Origin: Basidiobolus meristosporus CBS 931.73
Lineage: Eukaryota > Fungi > Basidiobolomycota
Reading direction: 5' to 3'
Assembly (NCBI GenBank): GCA_002104905.1
Contig: MCFE01000120.1
Coordinates: 97,999 to 161,998 of the forward strand
Length of the DNA: 64,000 nucleotides
Below are positions 13,355 through 25,543 of this stretch, piece by piece. Position numbers and translations under genes: made by a program. A model generated the notes under the pieces. That model was given only the letters and a program-made list of their open reading frames with translations, ran no database searches and was not told the DNA's origin. The number at the start of each line of letters is the position of its first letter. Position 1 is the stretch's first letter.

Positions 13355-15460
13355 ATGCATTCCTGGACTTGATCAGCTTCTTTGCTTTGGTATTGTAGAG
13401 TCTGTATTCCTTACTCTCATTGCAGTAGCCCAAAAATATGCATTTTACACTTTTTGGCTCAAATTTTGACTGATTTGCGGCCAGTTCTTTGGCATATGCT
13501 GTACACCCAAAAATTCTTAGATGTTCTGCATTTGGTCTGTATCCATACCATGCTTCAAATGGAGTAGAATCATCAAGTATTCTGTTATAAATCCTATTTT
13601 TAACATATACAGCAGTGGCAACTGATTTCACCCAAAAATCATAGGATAATTTTTGATCATGGATCATATATCTTGCCATATCAATTGTTGATCTGTTAGC
13701 TTGTCCTGCTACTCCATTTTGCTGTGGGGAGTATGGTACAGTAGTCTCTTGCTTTATCCTATGAGTTTTGCAGAAGTGGATGAAGAGTTTTGAGGTATAT
13801 TCTCCACTATTGTCAGAGCATTTTTTATTTGATTTTTTCACCAGTTTCTCTCTCCACCATAGCTTTAAACTCCCTGAACTTAGACAGAGCATCTTCCTTT
13901 CTCTCCATGAATTAGACCCATGTGTATCTTGTATAATCATCAATAAAAGTGATTAAATACTTCATCCTGCCTAATAATAAATTTTGCATAGGTCCACACA
14001 GATCTGAGTGAATTAGATCTAAATTTTTCTTAGTTTTAATTAACACAGAGCTCTTGTGCGGTTGTCTGGCTTGTTTCCCATATATGCAGACTTCACAGTG
14101 CTCCAAATTAGCTGGGGGATCAATTTTCACTCCAGAAATTAGCTGATCTTTGATCATTTTGCACAAATTATCAAAATTGATGTGTCCAAATATCCTGTGC
14201 CAAAACCTTGATGTTTCTTCCTTTAAGTCACTTATATTGGCTTCCAGATATGATGGAATATAAGTCAACTTGTATAGATTCTGATCTCTGATGCCAGAAG
14301 CAATATGGGCACCATTTTGATCAGTGATCCTGCATCCAGAATTGTCAAAACTGAAACTGAGTCCTTCTTCTGTGGCCTTGCTTTCAGATAGTAGGTTCTT
14401 GCCTATTTCTGGTACATAGAGTACTTCTTTAAAGGTCAGTGTATGGCTTCCTTCACTGATTCTAAGGTTTACTTGAATATTTCCTTCTCCCACTGCATTA
14501 TGTGTTCTATTGTCACCCATGAAAACCATCTTAATTGGAATTTCTTGATATTGGGTAAAAAGTTCTTTTTGGTGTGTAAAGTGTTAAGAAGCTCCCAAGT
14601 CAATATACCATGTCTGAGAATCCTTGTTTGCGGTCATATTTAGTGCAGAAATGAATAGTCTATCTCCAGTTGTTGCAGCATCTCCATATTCAGGCTTCTT
14701 TTGCTGATTGTCTTTCTTTTTGAGAGGCCGGTCTGATGTGTGTCCTTTCCTTTTGCAGTAGTTGCAAAACAGGTTGCTGTTGCCTTTGTAGGTTCTTGGG
14801 TGCCTCCTTTGTTGGCTATCATTGCTTATTAAAGCATTTTCTTCTTCCTTCTTATTTGTGCTTGATTTTCTTAATTCTTCATCCAGGGGCCTTCCATATA
14901 TGTAATTTAAGGTCAAATCTTCAGTTCTGGACTCTAGGGCTGATACAAGGCCCTGAAACCTTTCTTTCAGGCTATTCAGGATGGTAACTATCACATCCTC
15001 ATTGGTAGTTGGTACGCCCACAGATTCCATCTCATCTACCAGCAGGGTAATTCTGTTAATTAAATTTTTCATTTCTTCTCCTGGCAGCATCTTTGTAGTA
15101 AAGAATTTTTGTCTCAGATACATCTTTGTGGCAGCTGAACATGACTGGTAGGTGTCTTCTAATGCTTTCCAGGCATTCTTTGCCATTTTTGCTCTTGAGC
15201 ATTGAATTAGCAATTTGTCCTTGACATTAAGGCAAATGCAGTTAAAGGCACATTGTTCTTTCTTCTGGTACTTTAAGGCTTCCTCTTCCACGTTTTTAGG
15301 AGGGCATTCTTCTCCCATGACAATATCTCAAAGGTCTCTCTCTTGTAGCAGCATCTTCATCTTCACCTTCCACACTTAGTAGTTAGATCCATCCAACTTT
15401 TCAGCAGAAGGAAAAATTCCAGTGATAGCAGTAGTAGCCATTGCAGAGAGTGACAGCTTG

Positions 15461-15472
15461 GGGCTCATAACC
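15461..15472 (-). promoter_or_regulatory. Primer binding site GGTTATGAGCCC (half-tRNA-iMet type)
   Basis: Flush with the 5' LTR; same motif as the Ty5/copia PBS; repeated at 24984-24996. Confidence 0.8.
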
Positions 15473-15820
15473 TGTTGTAAGAGTCTTGGAGATATTGGAA
15501 GTGATTGGGAGAACAAGTAGATTATGTGGTTTTCACTTAATGATTTATTGAATGTAAAAGTAGTATTTATACTTTTACCTGGTCTTGGCATTACAAACAC
15601 ATAGAATAGGTTAAGGAGGTCCCAAGAACATGTGTGCAAAGTTTGGGGCTGTTTGGACAACTTTGAGAATTTTCATGTTCTGGGTACCTGGTATTTTGGT
15701 GAAAATACTCTAAGTATATCCCAACAATGAACTTGGTCAGTATTCTTTAGGATTTGAAGGTGATGATCTAAGTTTCTAAGTTAGGTGAATATTTAGGTGG
15801 AAATACAAATTTTTACAACA
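15473..15820 (-). repeat. 5' LTR of copia element 1
   Basis: 348 bp, TGTTGTAA...TTACAACA. Confidence 0.9.
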
Positions 15821-16864
15821 TCAGGTAGCTGGAAGAGTGCCAATAAGGGAGTAGCAGGCAGACTTAGATGAATCAGCATAATATTTATCAAGAAAAAGTG
15901 TAGTTCTACTTGAGAAGCAGTCAGTCAAAGTAGCAGTGAAGGAACTGGCTGTGATAAGAACAAATGGCTACCTCAGGAGCTCATCACAGCATGGGCTGAG
16001 AGCTTGAAACAAGCAGGAAAGAAGTGTCAGGTTGCTTGCAGAGTGCCAGCAAGGGACAAGCAGGCAAAAACAGATGCATCCAAGCAGCAATTATCAAGGA
16101 GAAAATGTAGTTTAATACAAGAAGCACTTGGACAAAGTAGCAGTGAAAGACCTGGCAGCAATAAAGAAAAAGATAAAAAGAAAAAGTCTAATCCAGCCAG
16201 TGACATGGAAACATAAGAAAAATCTGCAGTTCCTGCCAATTAATGCTGTTAGCCCAGAACAGACTTAATCCCATCATAGCCAAGAAGAATTATCAACAAG
16301 ACAACAGCTGTTTTCATGAGAGTTTGAAGTGCAGTCTGTTGAGCTACACTCCAGTAAGGTAGATGAGTTTGCAGAGAAAGGCGTTTGTCTACCATAGCCT
16401 CCACATTCCTCACTGTTGACATAGCTGAGATCCCACCAACAAGCAAATTAACAACAACAGGAACTCAAAAGGCTATTGCAATTCCTTCAGTGGAACTTTG
16501 GAACATTAATAGGCACACCAACTGGTTGCAGTACTTCTTCAAGAGAAGTGCTCAAGAAAATGCACGTGAAAATTGCAAGGATTTATTGCAAAGACTGGCA
16601 GACTAAGTGCTAGACCTTGCAGTGCTGACTGAGGACCAGGACATATGGGAATCAGTGAATGAACAGTGGCATAAAGCCATGGGGTACCCATCAAAGTCAT
16701 GGAAACAGAGAGTTACAGCAGAAATACTTATTGAGTGGTGGATTTTAACAGAGTTACATGTTGAGCATGAGGTTGGGCTTAATGTTAGTGTAGGGTATGA
16801 GGACTTGTATAGGTCAATACAATTGACAATGGAGGTACAACTAAAGTTCTAACAGAAATTAATC
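15821..16864 (+). repeat. Second copy of unclassified repeat C
   Basis: Collinear similarity to 3324-3470 plus 4675-5290. Confidence 0.6.
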
Positions 16865-16986
16865 TATGTGCCTTTAACAGGTCTTGGATCTCTCCTTTGT
16901 TGGCTAACATTACTTATTAAAGCATTTTCTCTTTCCTTCCTGTTGGCACATGATTTTCTTAATTCTTTGTCCAGGAGTCTTCCATA

Positions 16987-17333
16987 TGTTGTAAAATTGG
17001 TAATTCCACCTAATCATTCACCTAATGTAGTAACTTAGATCATTACCTTCAAGCTCTAATGTATACTGACCAAAGTTCTTGTCAGGATTTACTCAAAATA
17101 CTTTCAGCTAAATATCTGGTACACATAACATGATAATTCTCAAAGCTGCTGAAACAGCCCCAAACTTTGCGCACATGTTCTTGGGACCTTCCTTAAGCTA
17201 CTCTGTGTGTTTATAATGCCAAGACCATATAAAAGTATAAATACCACTTTTATATCAATAAGTTATTAAGTGAGTATTACAAAGTCTACTTGCTCTCCCA
17301 ATCACTTCCAATATCTCTAAAACCCTTACAACA
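16987..17333 (+). mobile_element. Inverted solo LTR A inside gag
   Basis: TGTTGTAA...TTACAACA, reverse complement of family A LTR. Confidence 0.85.
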
Positions 17334-17612
17334 CCTTCTATATACATAATATAAGTTCAAACCTTCAGTTCTGGACTCTAGGGCTGATACATGACCCTGA
17401 AGCCTACCTGTCAGGTGGTTCAGGATAGTTACTATCAATCCTTGACAGTAGTTGGTACACCCACAAATTCCATCTCATCCACCAGCAGGATAATTCTGTT
17501 GATTAGATTTTTCATTTCTTTTCCTGGCAGCATCTTTGTAGTAAAGAATTTCTGTTGAGGATACATTTTCTTAGCAGCTGGAAATGACTGGTAGGTGTCT
17601 TCTAATGCCTTC

Positions 17613-18915
17613 TGTTGTTTTGTTTATGATTAGTTTGGGGCTTGATCTACAATGTAGAGGCTAAATAACAACATACAACAACTTCCAGTATGCCAATACT
17701 GAAAAATTTTATTAGGGGTGTGATATACCAACAGAAGATACAACTTTCACTAATATCCACAATTTTAGGCTTAAAATATGCTATAGACAGTGATTCTCAC
17801 TTCTACCGCAGTGTTCTGACCTTCTGTTGACTATTGGGCTTAATTACTTTTATTGTAACCTTTCCTTATTTGTAAGTCACTTTCCTTTCTGAGAAGCTAC
17901 TTCCTAGTACAGAAATTCTGAACTCCCCTTTAACCTAAAGGGGTGTGGTGCAGAAGTCTCTAAAGGGGTCTTTAGACCTAAGGGGTGTTTAAAAGGGAGT
18001 CTTTAGAGTAAAGGGGCTTCATATAGTAATCTCTAATGTGGACTTTACACTAAAGGGGTGCCTAAAGGGGCTTCTTAAAGAGGTCTCTAAAGGGGTCTTT
18101 AGAGTAAAGGGGCTTCATATAGTAATCTCTGAAGTGGACTTTACACTAAAGGGGTGCCTAAAGGGGCTTCTTAAAGAGGTCTCTAAAGGGGTCTTTAGAC
18201 TAAAGGGGTGTCTTTAGAGTAAAGGGGCTTCTTTGAGGGGACTTTTCCAACAGAAAAGTGATATTTTCTTGTAGAATTTAGATTGATTCTTGTGAGCTTT
18301 GCAGTTGCTTTACTGGTGTACTACCAATCAAAGTCAGAATACTCAACAGTGCAAGTGATGCAGGGAAGTCTTAAAACCTTTAAACCTGTAATTGTAGTGT
18401 GGAGATTCTGGAAAGAGTGGCTTTCCTTTTATTTTTCAGCTGGGGAAGTTGTATATATCAAAGTTCTGAAGCATCAATCTTTTTGGGTGCTTGAGTAAGC
18501 AATACACAAGATACAAAGCTAAAATCCTGCAGTGGTGCAGATCAGATATGGGTGCAGCACCTGTGATAATATTACATGATTTAATTGGCTGGTTCAAAAG
18601 CTACATGCAACCAAAGCACCATAGTAATCATAGCAATTGAGGCTTAGTATATTTAATAATTAGACTCTTTTTGTCATAACTCCTTAAGTACTGCTTCAAA
18701 TGAGCTGTAATCTGAAACATGTGTTGGCTACTGTGTGTTCTGTATGACAAAATATTCTATGGGGGATTGCTTGACCAAGTCTGGAGCACTTGTCCTTCTT
18801 AGTTGTAAATTCTTGATCTTTCACTTGTGTGTTACAATAGCAAAAAGCAAAATAAAGAAATGAGTGCAATATTGGTTTGAGACATTGTAGTAATGGAATA
18901 CTTTCCATTACCACA
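17613..18915. mobile_element. Probable solo LTR of a third family (D), 1303 bp
   Basis: TGTTGT...ACCACA termini; 4-bp TSD CTTC (17609-12, 18916-19); cleanly interrupts copia gag. Confidence 0.7.
17935..18240 (+). repeat. G-rich tandem repeat: 96-bp unit built from TAAAGGGG motifs
   Basis: CTTTAGA recurs at 18001, 18097 and 18193; more than ten (T)AAAGGGG motifs. Confidence 0.9.
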
Positions 18916-19570
18916 CTTCCCAGCATTCTTTGCCATTTTTGCTCTTGAGCATTGAAGTAGCGACTTGTCTTCAACATCAAGGCAAATACAGTTAAAGGCA
19001 CCTTGTTCTTTCTTGTGGTACATTAAGGGTTCCTCTCCCTTGTTTTTAGGAGAGCATTCTTCTCCCATGACAGTATCGCAAAGGCCTCTTTCTTGTAGTA
19101 GCATCTTCATCTTCATGTTCCACACTTGGTGGCTGGATCCATCCAACTTCTCAGCAGAGGGAGAAATTCCAGTAATAGCAGTACTAGACATTGCAGAGAG
19201 TGATGGCTTGATGTTTATAACCTGCTGTAAAAGTCTTGGAGATTTTGTAAATGCTTTAGAGTACAAGTAGATTATGTGACTATCACTTAATGATTTATTG
19301 AATATGAAGTAGTATTTATACATTTACTTGATCTTGGCCTAAAAAACATGTAGAGTAGGTTTAGCAAGGTCCCAAGAAAATGTGTGCAAAGTTCAGAGCT
19401 GTTTGGACAACTTTGATAATTATCATGTTCTAGGTACCTGGTATTTTAGTGAAAATATTCTAAGTAAATCCCAATAAGAGATATGGTCAGTATACTCTAA
19501 GATTTGAAAGTAATGATCTAAGTGATCAAGTTGTGTGAATATTTAGGTGGAGTTACATATTATCACAACA

Positions 19571-19792
19571 ATATCAAGTACCCAGCACATGATAATTCTC
19601 AAAGTTATCCAAACAGCCCCAAGCTTGGCACACATATTCTTGTGACCTTCCTAAGCCTATTCTACATTTTTACTATGCCAAGCACATGGAAATGTATAAA
19701 CACTACTTTTACATTCAATAAATCATCAAGTGAAAACCACATAATCACTTGTTCTCTAAATCACTTCCAATGGCTCTAAGACTCTTACAACA
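19571..19792 (+). mobile_element. Partial inverted LTR A directly next to LTR 19223-19570
   Basis: Reverse complement of the first ~220 nt of LTR A, ending CTCTTACAACA. Confidence 0.8.
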
Positions 19793-20310
19793 ACTCCAAT
19801 CCCATCATGAATATTACCTTCAAGTTCATCATGGTGGTGAAGAGCTGGCACATGGAGGGCAGCCAGGAGGAGGTGGAGAATATTCAGGACAGATGTGCAC
19901 ATGGAGACACCTTTGCATTTAGCATTAAGAAGCCAAGTGGCACCAATGCAGGGGCAATCAATCTAGTGATGCAAAGATTGGGTGGACCTAACATGAAACT
20001 AATTCTTACTAGGACATCTGTACCAATGAATGCTGGGTTTCTCCTGGGTATAAGCCAATTTATACAACATTCAATACAGAACTCACACAAGCAAGAACCA
20101 GAGCATACCTATAAGGGGGACTAGAATCCAGCAGGGAGAAACAATATATTGGTTTGTACTGAAAAGTGATTGCAGATACTTAGGAGGTATTAATGGCAAG
20201 AGTGATGGCAACTAAGCATATGTTTGCAAGATGTTTATGCTACCAGCAATAAAAGGTATACAGCAACTTTGCAAGTATCACACTGAAAAGCTGTAGAGTT
20301 GGGATGATAG

Positions 20311-23300
20311 TGTTGTAAGAGTCTTGGAGATATTGGAAGTGATTGGGAGGACAAGTAGATTATGTGGTTTTCACTTAATGATTTATTGAATGTAAAAGTA
20401 GTATTTATACTTTTACCTGGTCTTGGCATTACAAACACGTAGAATAGGTTAAGGAAGGTCCCAAGAGGATGTATGCAAAGTTTGGGGCTATTTGGACAAC
20501 TTATCAAATTTTCATGTTTGGGGTACCTGATATTTTGGTGAAAATATTCTAAGTAAATCCCAACAAGGAATTTGGTCAGTATTCTCTAGGATTTGAGGGT
20601 AATGATCTAAGTGACTAAGTTAGGTGAATATTTAGGCGGAATTACAAATTTTACAACACTCCCACTCAGCTAAATGTTCATATTGACTAGTCCAAATTTT
20701 GACCTAAGATATTCAAACTTGTCTCTGGCTAATGGTTTGGTAAATATGTCTGCAATCATTTCATCTGTAGGACAGTAAGCTAAGTTAGCTAAGTTATTCT
20801 CTATAGCTTCATGTATGAAATGATGTCTAATATCTATGTGCTTGGTTCTAGCATGAAAAGTTGGATTTCTACATAATTGTATACATCCTTGATTATCTTG
20901 AAATAAAGTAATAGGCGTTTTGTGACATAAGCCTAAATCTGTAAAAAGTTTTCTTAACCACATTGCTTCTTTTGTAGCTTCACAGGCTGTCATATACTCT
21001 GCCTCTGTGGTGGAAAGTGCTATGGTTGGTTGCTTTCTTGAATTCCATGAAATTGCTCCTTTACAGTAAAGAAAGGTGTATGCTGTGGTGGATCTTCTGT
21101 CTTCTAAATTTCGTCCCCAATCAGCATCAGAGTATCCCACAAGATCCTGTTCTGAATCCTTATATGTATATCTTAAGCAGATATCAGCAGTTCCTTTTAG
21201 GTATCTAAAAATCCACTTAACTGCTGCAATATGAACAGATCCATAGTTCTTATTATGTTGGCTGACAACTCCCACTGAATATGAGATATCTGGACGTGTT
21301 CCAAGCTTGATATACATCAGACTGCCTACCATAGATTGATATGGAAAGTCAGGGCTTTCAGATGGCACCAAGGTCTCTTGATTTGGTTGAGTTTTGACCA
21401 AGTTAAGGTTTGTCTCCATTGGGGTAGCCGCCGGTTTGCAGTCTTCCATTTAGTAGTTCTTTAGTATATCTTGAATATACTTGGATTGACTTAGGGTGAT
21501 AGTCTGGGTACTTCTGTCAATGGAGAACTTAATCCCTAAGTAGTGACCAAGTTCTCCTTGATTGGACATCCTGAACTCCTTAGATAGGCTGGATTTAGTC
21601 ACTTCCAATGTTGCTAGGTTATTGGTGGCTATAATAAGATCATCCACATATTGAGCTAATAGAACTGGATTTGCTCTATCTGGTTTATAGTATATACTGT
21701 AGTCAGCATTACTCCTTTTGAAACTCAAAGATTCCAAATAAGAATCTATCTTGCAATTCCAAGCTCTTGGTGATTGTTTGAGACTATATAGTGACTTTTT
21801 AAGCTTACAGACCAAATGGGGGCTATCTTAGTCAACAAACCCATCAGGCTGGTCCATATACACGTCCTCATCAAGTTCTTCATTCAAAAATGCAGTTTTT
21901 ACATCCATTTGATGAATAAAAAATTTATTTGGCTGCAATAGCCAATATCAATCTGATGAAAATAAACTTGGCTACCAGTGCAAAGGTCTCAGTATAGTCA
22001 AGTCCTTTTGTTTGAGAGTATCCTTTGGCTACAAGTCTTGCTTTGTATCTTTCAATTGTACCATCAGCCTTGTATTTTGTCTTGAAGACCCATCTGCATC
22101 CAATTGATATTTGGTTGATTGGTAATTTGACCAAGTCCCAAGTTTGATTTTCCATCAGGGCCCAATATTCCTCAGTCATTGCAGATCTCCAAAACTTTGT
22201 CTGAGGGCTATTTAGGGCCTCTTTTACAGTCAGGGGCTCTTCAATATGAGCTGAATAGGCATAGGCTAAGTTTGTACCCTCATTGATAGAGTAATCTGAG
22301 CTATTTCTTGTCTGATTGGATCTCTAGGCATTTGATACTGGAATGATCACCTCTGGGATATTCCTGGGCACTGATTCTGGCTGAACCATGGTTGTAGAGT
22401 CCTCTGGAGTGAAAAAATTATCATTGTTTTGCTCTGATTCAATCCTGACAATTGGTGGACTGGAGATCAAATTTTTGTCATCATCTGATGTCATTTTTTG
22501 TGAAAATTTTGAATTTTCATCAAACAACTCATCCCTGGACTTGATCAGCTTCTTTGCTTTGGTATTGTAGAGTCTGTATGCCTTACTCTCATTGCAGTAG
22601 CCCAAAAATATGCATTTCACACTTTTTGGCTCAAATTTTCACTGATTTCCGGGCAGTTTTTGGCATATACTGTACACCCAAATATTCATAGATGTTCTGC
22701 ACTTGGTCTATATCCTCACCATGCTTCAAAAGGAGTAGAATCACAAAGTATTCTGCTATAAATCCTATTTTTTGTTGTAAGAGTCTTGGAGATATTGGAA
22801 GTGATTGGGAGAACAAGTAGATTATGTGGTTTTCACTTAATGATTTATTCAATGTAAAAGTAGTATTTATACTTTTACCTGGTCTTGGCATTACAAACAC
22901 GTAGAATAGGTTAAGGAAGGTCCCAAGAGCATGTGTGCAAAGTTTGGGACTGTTTGGACAACTTTGAGAATTTTCATGTTCTGGGTGCCTGGTATTTTGG
23001 TGAAAAAATTCTAAGTAAATCCCGACAAGGAATTTGGTCAGTATTCTCTAGGATTTAAAGGTGATGATCTAAGTGACTAAGTTAGGTGAATATTTAGGTG
23101 GAAAATACAAACTTTTACAACATTTTTAACATATACAGCAGTGGCAACTGATTTCGCCCAAAAATCATAGGATGATTATTGATCATGGATCATAGATCTT
23201 GCCATATCATTTATTGATCTGTTAGCTTGTTCTGCTACTTCATTTTGCTGTGGGGAGTATAGTACAGTAGTCTCTTGCTTTATCCCATGAATTTTGCAGA

Positions 23301-25345
23301 AGTGGATGAAGAGTTTTGAGGTATATTCTCCACCATTGTCAGTGTGTATTTTCTTGATTTTTCACCAGTTTCTCTCTCCATCATAGCTTTAAACTCCCTG
23401 AACTTAGACAGAGCGTCTTCCATTCTCTCCATGAAGTAGACCCATGTGTATCTTGTATAATCATCAATAAAAGTGATTAAATACTTCATCCCACCTAAGG
23501 ATAAATCTTGCATAGGTCCACACAGATCTGAGTAAATTAAATCTAATTTTTTCTTAGTTTTGATTAACCCAGAGCTCTTGAGTGGTTGTCTGGCTTGTTT
23601 CCCATATATGCAGGCTTCACAGTGCTCCAATTTAGCTGGGGGATCAATTTTCACTCCAGAAATTAGCTGATCTTTGATCATTTTGCACAAATAATCAAAA
23701 TTGATGTGCCCAAATCTCCTGTGCCAAAGCATTGGTGTTTCTTCATTTAAGTTACTTATATTGGCTTCCAAATATGATGGAATATAAGTCAACTTGTATA
23801 GGTTCTGGTCTCTGATACCCAAAGCAATATGAGCACCATTTTGATCAGTGATCCTGCATCCAGAATTGTCAAAACTGAAACTGAGTCCTTCTGCTGTGGC
23901 CTTGCTTACAGAAAGTAGGTTCTTGGCTATTTCTGATACATAGAGTACTTCTTTAAAGGTCAGTGTATGGCTTCCTTCACTGCTTCTAAGGTTTACTTGG
24001 ATAGTTCCTTCTCCCACTGCATTATGTGTTCTATTGTCACCCATGAAAACCATCTTAATTGGAATTTCTTGATATAGGGTAAAAAGTTCTTTTTGGTGTG
24101 TAAAGTGTTGAGAAGCTCCAGAGTCAATATACCACGTCTGAGAATCCTTGTTTGTGGTCATATTTAGTGCAGATATGAATAGTCTATCTCCAATTGTTGC
24201 AGCATTTCCATATTCAGGCTTCTTTTGCTGATTATCTTTCTTTTTGAGAAACCGGTCTGATGTGTGTCCTTTCCTTTTGCAGTAGCTGCAAAACAGGTTG
24301 CTGTTGCCTTTGTAGGGTCTTGGGTACCTCCTTTGTTGGTTATCATTGCTTATTAAAGCATTTTCTTCTTCCTTCTTATTAGCGCTTGATTTTCTTAATT
24401 CTTCATCCAGGAGCCTTTCATAAATGTAATTTAAGGTCAAATCTTCAGTTCTGGACTCTAGGGTTGATACAAGGCCCTGAAGCCTGTCTTTCAGGCTATT
24501 CAGGATGGTAACTATCACATCCTCATCAGTAGTTGGTAGGCCCACAGATTCCATCTCATCTACCAGCAGGGTAATTCTGTTTATTAGATTTTTCATTTCT
24601 TCTCCTGGCAGCATCTTTGTAGTAAAGGATTTTTGTCTCAGATACACTTTCTTGGCAGCTGAAAATGACTGGTAGGTGTCTTCTAATGCTTTTCAGGCAT
24701 TCTTTGCTGTTTTTGCTCTTGAGCATTGAATTAGCAATTTGTCCTTGACATTAAGGCAAATGCAGTTGAAGGCACTTTGTTCTTTCTTCTGGTACTTTAA
24801 GGCTCCCTCTCCCACGTTTTTAGGAGGGCATTCTTCTCCCATGACAATATCCCAAAGGCCGCTTTCTTGTAGCAGCATCTTCATCTTCACCTTCCACACT
24901 TGGTAGTTAGATCCATCCAACTTTTCAGCAGAGGGAAAAATTCCAGTAATAGCAGTAGTAGACATTGTAGAGAGTGATAGTTTAGGGCTCATAACCTGTT
25001 GTAAGAGTCTTGGAGATATTGGAAGTGATTGGGAGGACAAGTAGATTATGTGGTTTTCACTTAATCATTTATTGATTGTAAAAGTAGTATTTATACTTTT
25101 ACCAAGTCATGGCATAACAAACACATAGAATAGGTTAAGGAAGGTCCCAAGAACATGTGTGCAAAGTTTGGGGCTGTTTGGACAACTTTGAGAATTTTCA
25201 TGTTCTGGGTACCTGGTATTTTGGTGAAAATATTCTAAGTAAATCCCAACAAGGAATTTGGTCAGTATTCTCTAGGATCTGAGGGTAATGATCTAAGTGA
25301 CTAAGTTAGGTGAATATTTAGGTGGAATTACAAATTTTCACAACA
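20311..25345 (-). mobile_element. Ty1/copia element 2 (family A), complete boundaries, dead
   Basis: LTRs 20311-20658 and 24997-25345; 5-bp TSD GATAG; PBS GGTTATGAGCCCT; PPT GAGTGGGAG; gag-PR-INT-RT (YVDD)-RH with stops and frameshifts. Confidence 0.95.
22773..23122 (-). mobile_element. Solo LTR A inserted in the integrase of element 2
   Basis: TSD TTTTT; the empty site ATCCTATTTTTAACATATAC is visible at ~13591. Confidence 0.92.
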
Positions 25346-25543
25346 GATAGAATTGTGTCAATATTAGAAAATGAGCACATATATATTGGTCAGTATCAGG
25401 AGGCCATTGATTTTTTGATTCCAACTATCTAGTACCTGATTTTCCCTAACCCAAATGTAACTAATCCCAGTTATGGTTTATTTTGCCCATCTCAAAATCT
25501 ATTTTTAGCTGTTACACCTGATCTACTTTCATGTGGTCATTAC

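Larger units (their letters stand above)
5613..15820 (-). mobile_element. Ty1/copia element 1 (family A), dead, interrupted by a gypsy insertion
   Basis: LTRs 5613-5962 and 15473-15820 (TGTTGTAA...ACAACA/TCAACA); PBS 15461-15472; PPT 5963-5971; gag (UBN2-like, CNYCKRKGH knuckle), protease, GAG-pre-integrase (HCEVC), integrase, RT (WVFKTK, RYKARLV) and RNase H (GYSDADW, HIDIRHHF), all in pieces; flanks CATAG / TCAGG do not match. Confidence 0.93.
16868..19570 (-). mobile_element. Older truncated copia A copy (gag, PBS, 5' LTR) split by two solo-LTR insertions
   Basis: gag pieces 16868-16986, 17334-17612 and 18916-19222 join up against the intact gag; decayed PBS; LTR 19223-19570. Confidence 0.8.

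Noticed and set aside
17935-18240. TAAAGGGG repeats as an interstitial telomere or CRISPR array
   Set aside because: Different motif from the TTAGGG junction repeats; no unique spacers and no cas genes; lies inside a solo LTR
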